This document shows positions 62,640 through 64,000 of a stretch of 64,000 nt of DNA, in pieces. The stretch spans positions 106,766 to 170,765 of the forward strand of contig NW_003314276.1 of assembly GCF_000143415.4 (NCBI RefSeq). Reading direction: 5' to 3'. Positions within the stretch are counted from its first letter, which is position 1. Each line of letters begins with the position of its first letter. The notes beneath the pieces were generated by a model that did no database searches, had not been told where the DNA came from, and saw only the letters and a program-made list of their open reading frames with translations. The stretch is from Selaginella moellendorffii (Eukaryota > Plantae > Lycopodiophyta). The position numbers were made by a program, and so were the translations under genes.

Positions 62640-63387
62640 TCAAATTCATAATTATGCACATCAATAAAATTATAAACTATTAACTATACCATCAATTTAC
62701 ACCAAAAAGAAATTAACAAACTGAAAGATCTACTACAAACAAACAACCCCAACTTTCTCTTCCACCACATCTAAGAGTTCTAAAATAAAAATATAAATTC
62801 CAGATCAATCATCACAACTACAAGCACAAAAATAACCTCTAGTTCAAGTTTATACACAAATTCAAAGAGCTTAACCATAAGAATTGATTTGGAACACTAA
62901 AAATTCAATTGTAGTTATTTAGATTGGCACAAAAGATACTAACTTATGAGTTCATAGACAAATATAACACATTGACATTAACACAATAATGCTAATTGAA
63001 TTTATCACTGAAATTCTTCTAACTAAATTATGAAACCAATCCACAATCATCATTAAGATAATCCTAAAAAAAGTTCAAGAACTCATTGAAGCTTCACAAC
63101 AAGAAATTCAAATAGTACAAGACTGTAAAGGGTAACAATACAACACCTTTATATATGAAGATTCATCTTTGAGCTTTCTTATATTTCCCATATTTATCTA
63201 GAACAAGTGTACATTTGTAAGAGAAAAGAAATATAACACATGCAGTCAATCAAGTATATGAGAGACTTCCAACTTTTTTGCTTTAAAAAATCATGAAAAT
63301 CATCAGACAAGAATTCTTTCAAGGATACTTCACATCTATTGATGCAACCATACATAAGGTAATTGATGAAAAAATATAAAATAAAAT

Positions 63388-64000
63388 TTAGGGGGGCTGT
63401 AGGGGGTTCCAAATGTATAGTAGAGAGAGTGTGGGGGTTTGGACCCCAGTTGAGGCAATTTGGCCAAGAAAGGCTAGTGTGACCCAGAAAGGCTATGCTT
63501 ATGTGTTGGGTGATGATATATCCATTGAGGAGTCCAAAGCTAGAGTGAATACAGATAGACAATCAGGGTAATATAAGCCACAAATTTTTCCTTTCCAATT
63601 TACCAACTTACCTCGTCTATCCGACTGACACTTCCTTGGACTTAACTAAGTTCCCTCACCAAGGCTCCTGCCTATGGTACCAGCTCCTACTTGGTTTCAA
63701 CTACTCATTACGCGAGTAATGGAGCATTAGCCATCCATCCATGGATTCCCAAATTTCTCTCAATCCCCCTCCCCAAGTTATACTGGACTTAAGGTTTGGC
63801 TACACTCCCCACAAGCACAAGCAACCAAGCACACCAAACCTCTAGATCCCTAACATTCCTTGGTACCACAAGACTTGGCCCCTCGGCCCCAGACTCAACC
63901 TCAAGTCAGTTTGGAAGTACCTCTATAAGGTTCCTTCAAAATTGGTTCTTGGACCTCACAATACCTACTATACTTTTGGAACCCCCTGTAGTGCCACCCC
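63388..64000. mobile_element. Fragments of B/C-related LTRs in both orientations
   Basis: GGGGGTTCCAAATGTATAGTAG core at ~63400(+) and ~63965-63990(-); 63455-63570 matches 34860-34980. Confidence 0.6.

Noticed and set aside
62640-63380. A-rich coding-like stretch and a short exon-like block
   Set aside because: No recognisable motif or clear match elsewhere in the window.

Overview
Eukaryotic land-plant genomic DNA. Introns of only about 39-58 nt and an EG16-type GH16 gene suggest a Selaginella-like lycophyte, but that is inference. About 75% of the window is nested, decayed LTR-retrotransposon sequence; family letters below are my own labels. Family A is a short-LTR (233 bp) Ty3/Gypsy present as rearranged and tandem copies. 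F is a second Gypsy. C is a non-coding LARD-like family whose ~1.8 kb LTR carries a GAGATGGAGTCC/GAGACC/GAGTCC minisatellite. B is a set of solo LTRs, D is an unidentified degenerate family, and E and G are TRIM-type miniature elements. A gene island at ~11.2-26.1 kb holds three things: (i) an apparently intact 9-exon gene for a secreted 684-aa protein, signal peptide + PMEI/invertase-inhibitor-like helical domain + Pro/Ser/Thr linker + two tandem EG16/XTH-like GH16 domains with altered catalytic motifs (the most interesting feature); (ii) an intact but unusually divergent cytochrome c; (iii) an ~8 kb mosaic of intron-containing gene fragments (CENH3, PGIC twice as an inverted repeat, CYP88/KAO, Kelch protein, ArfGAP-C2, PPR-like) beside a Helitron RepHel remnant and Helitron-type termini. 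All family assignments come from recognising motifs by eye; no database searches were run.
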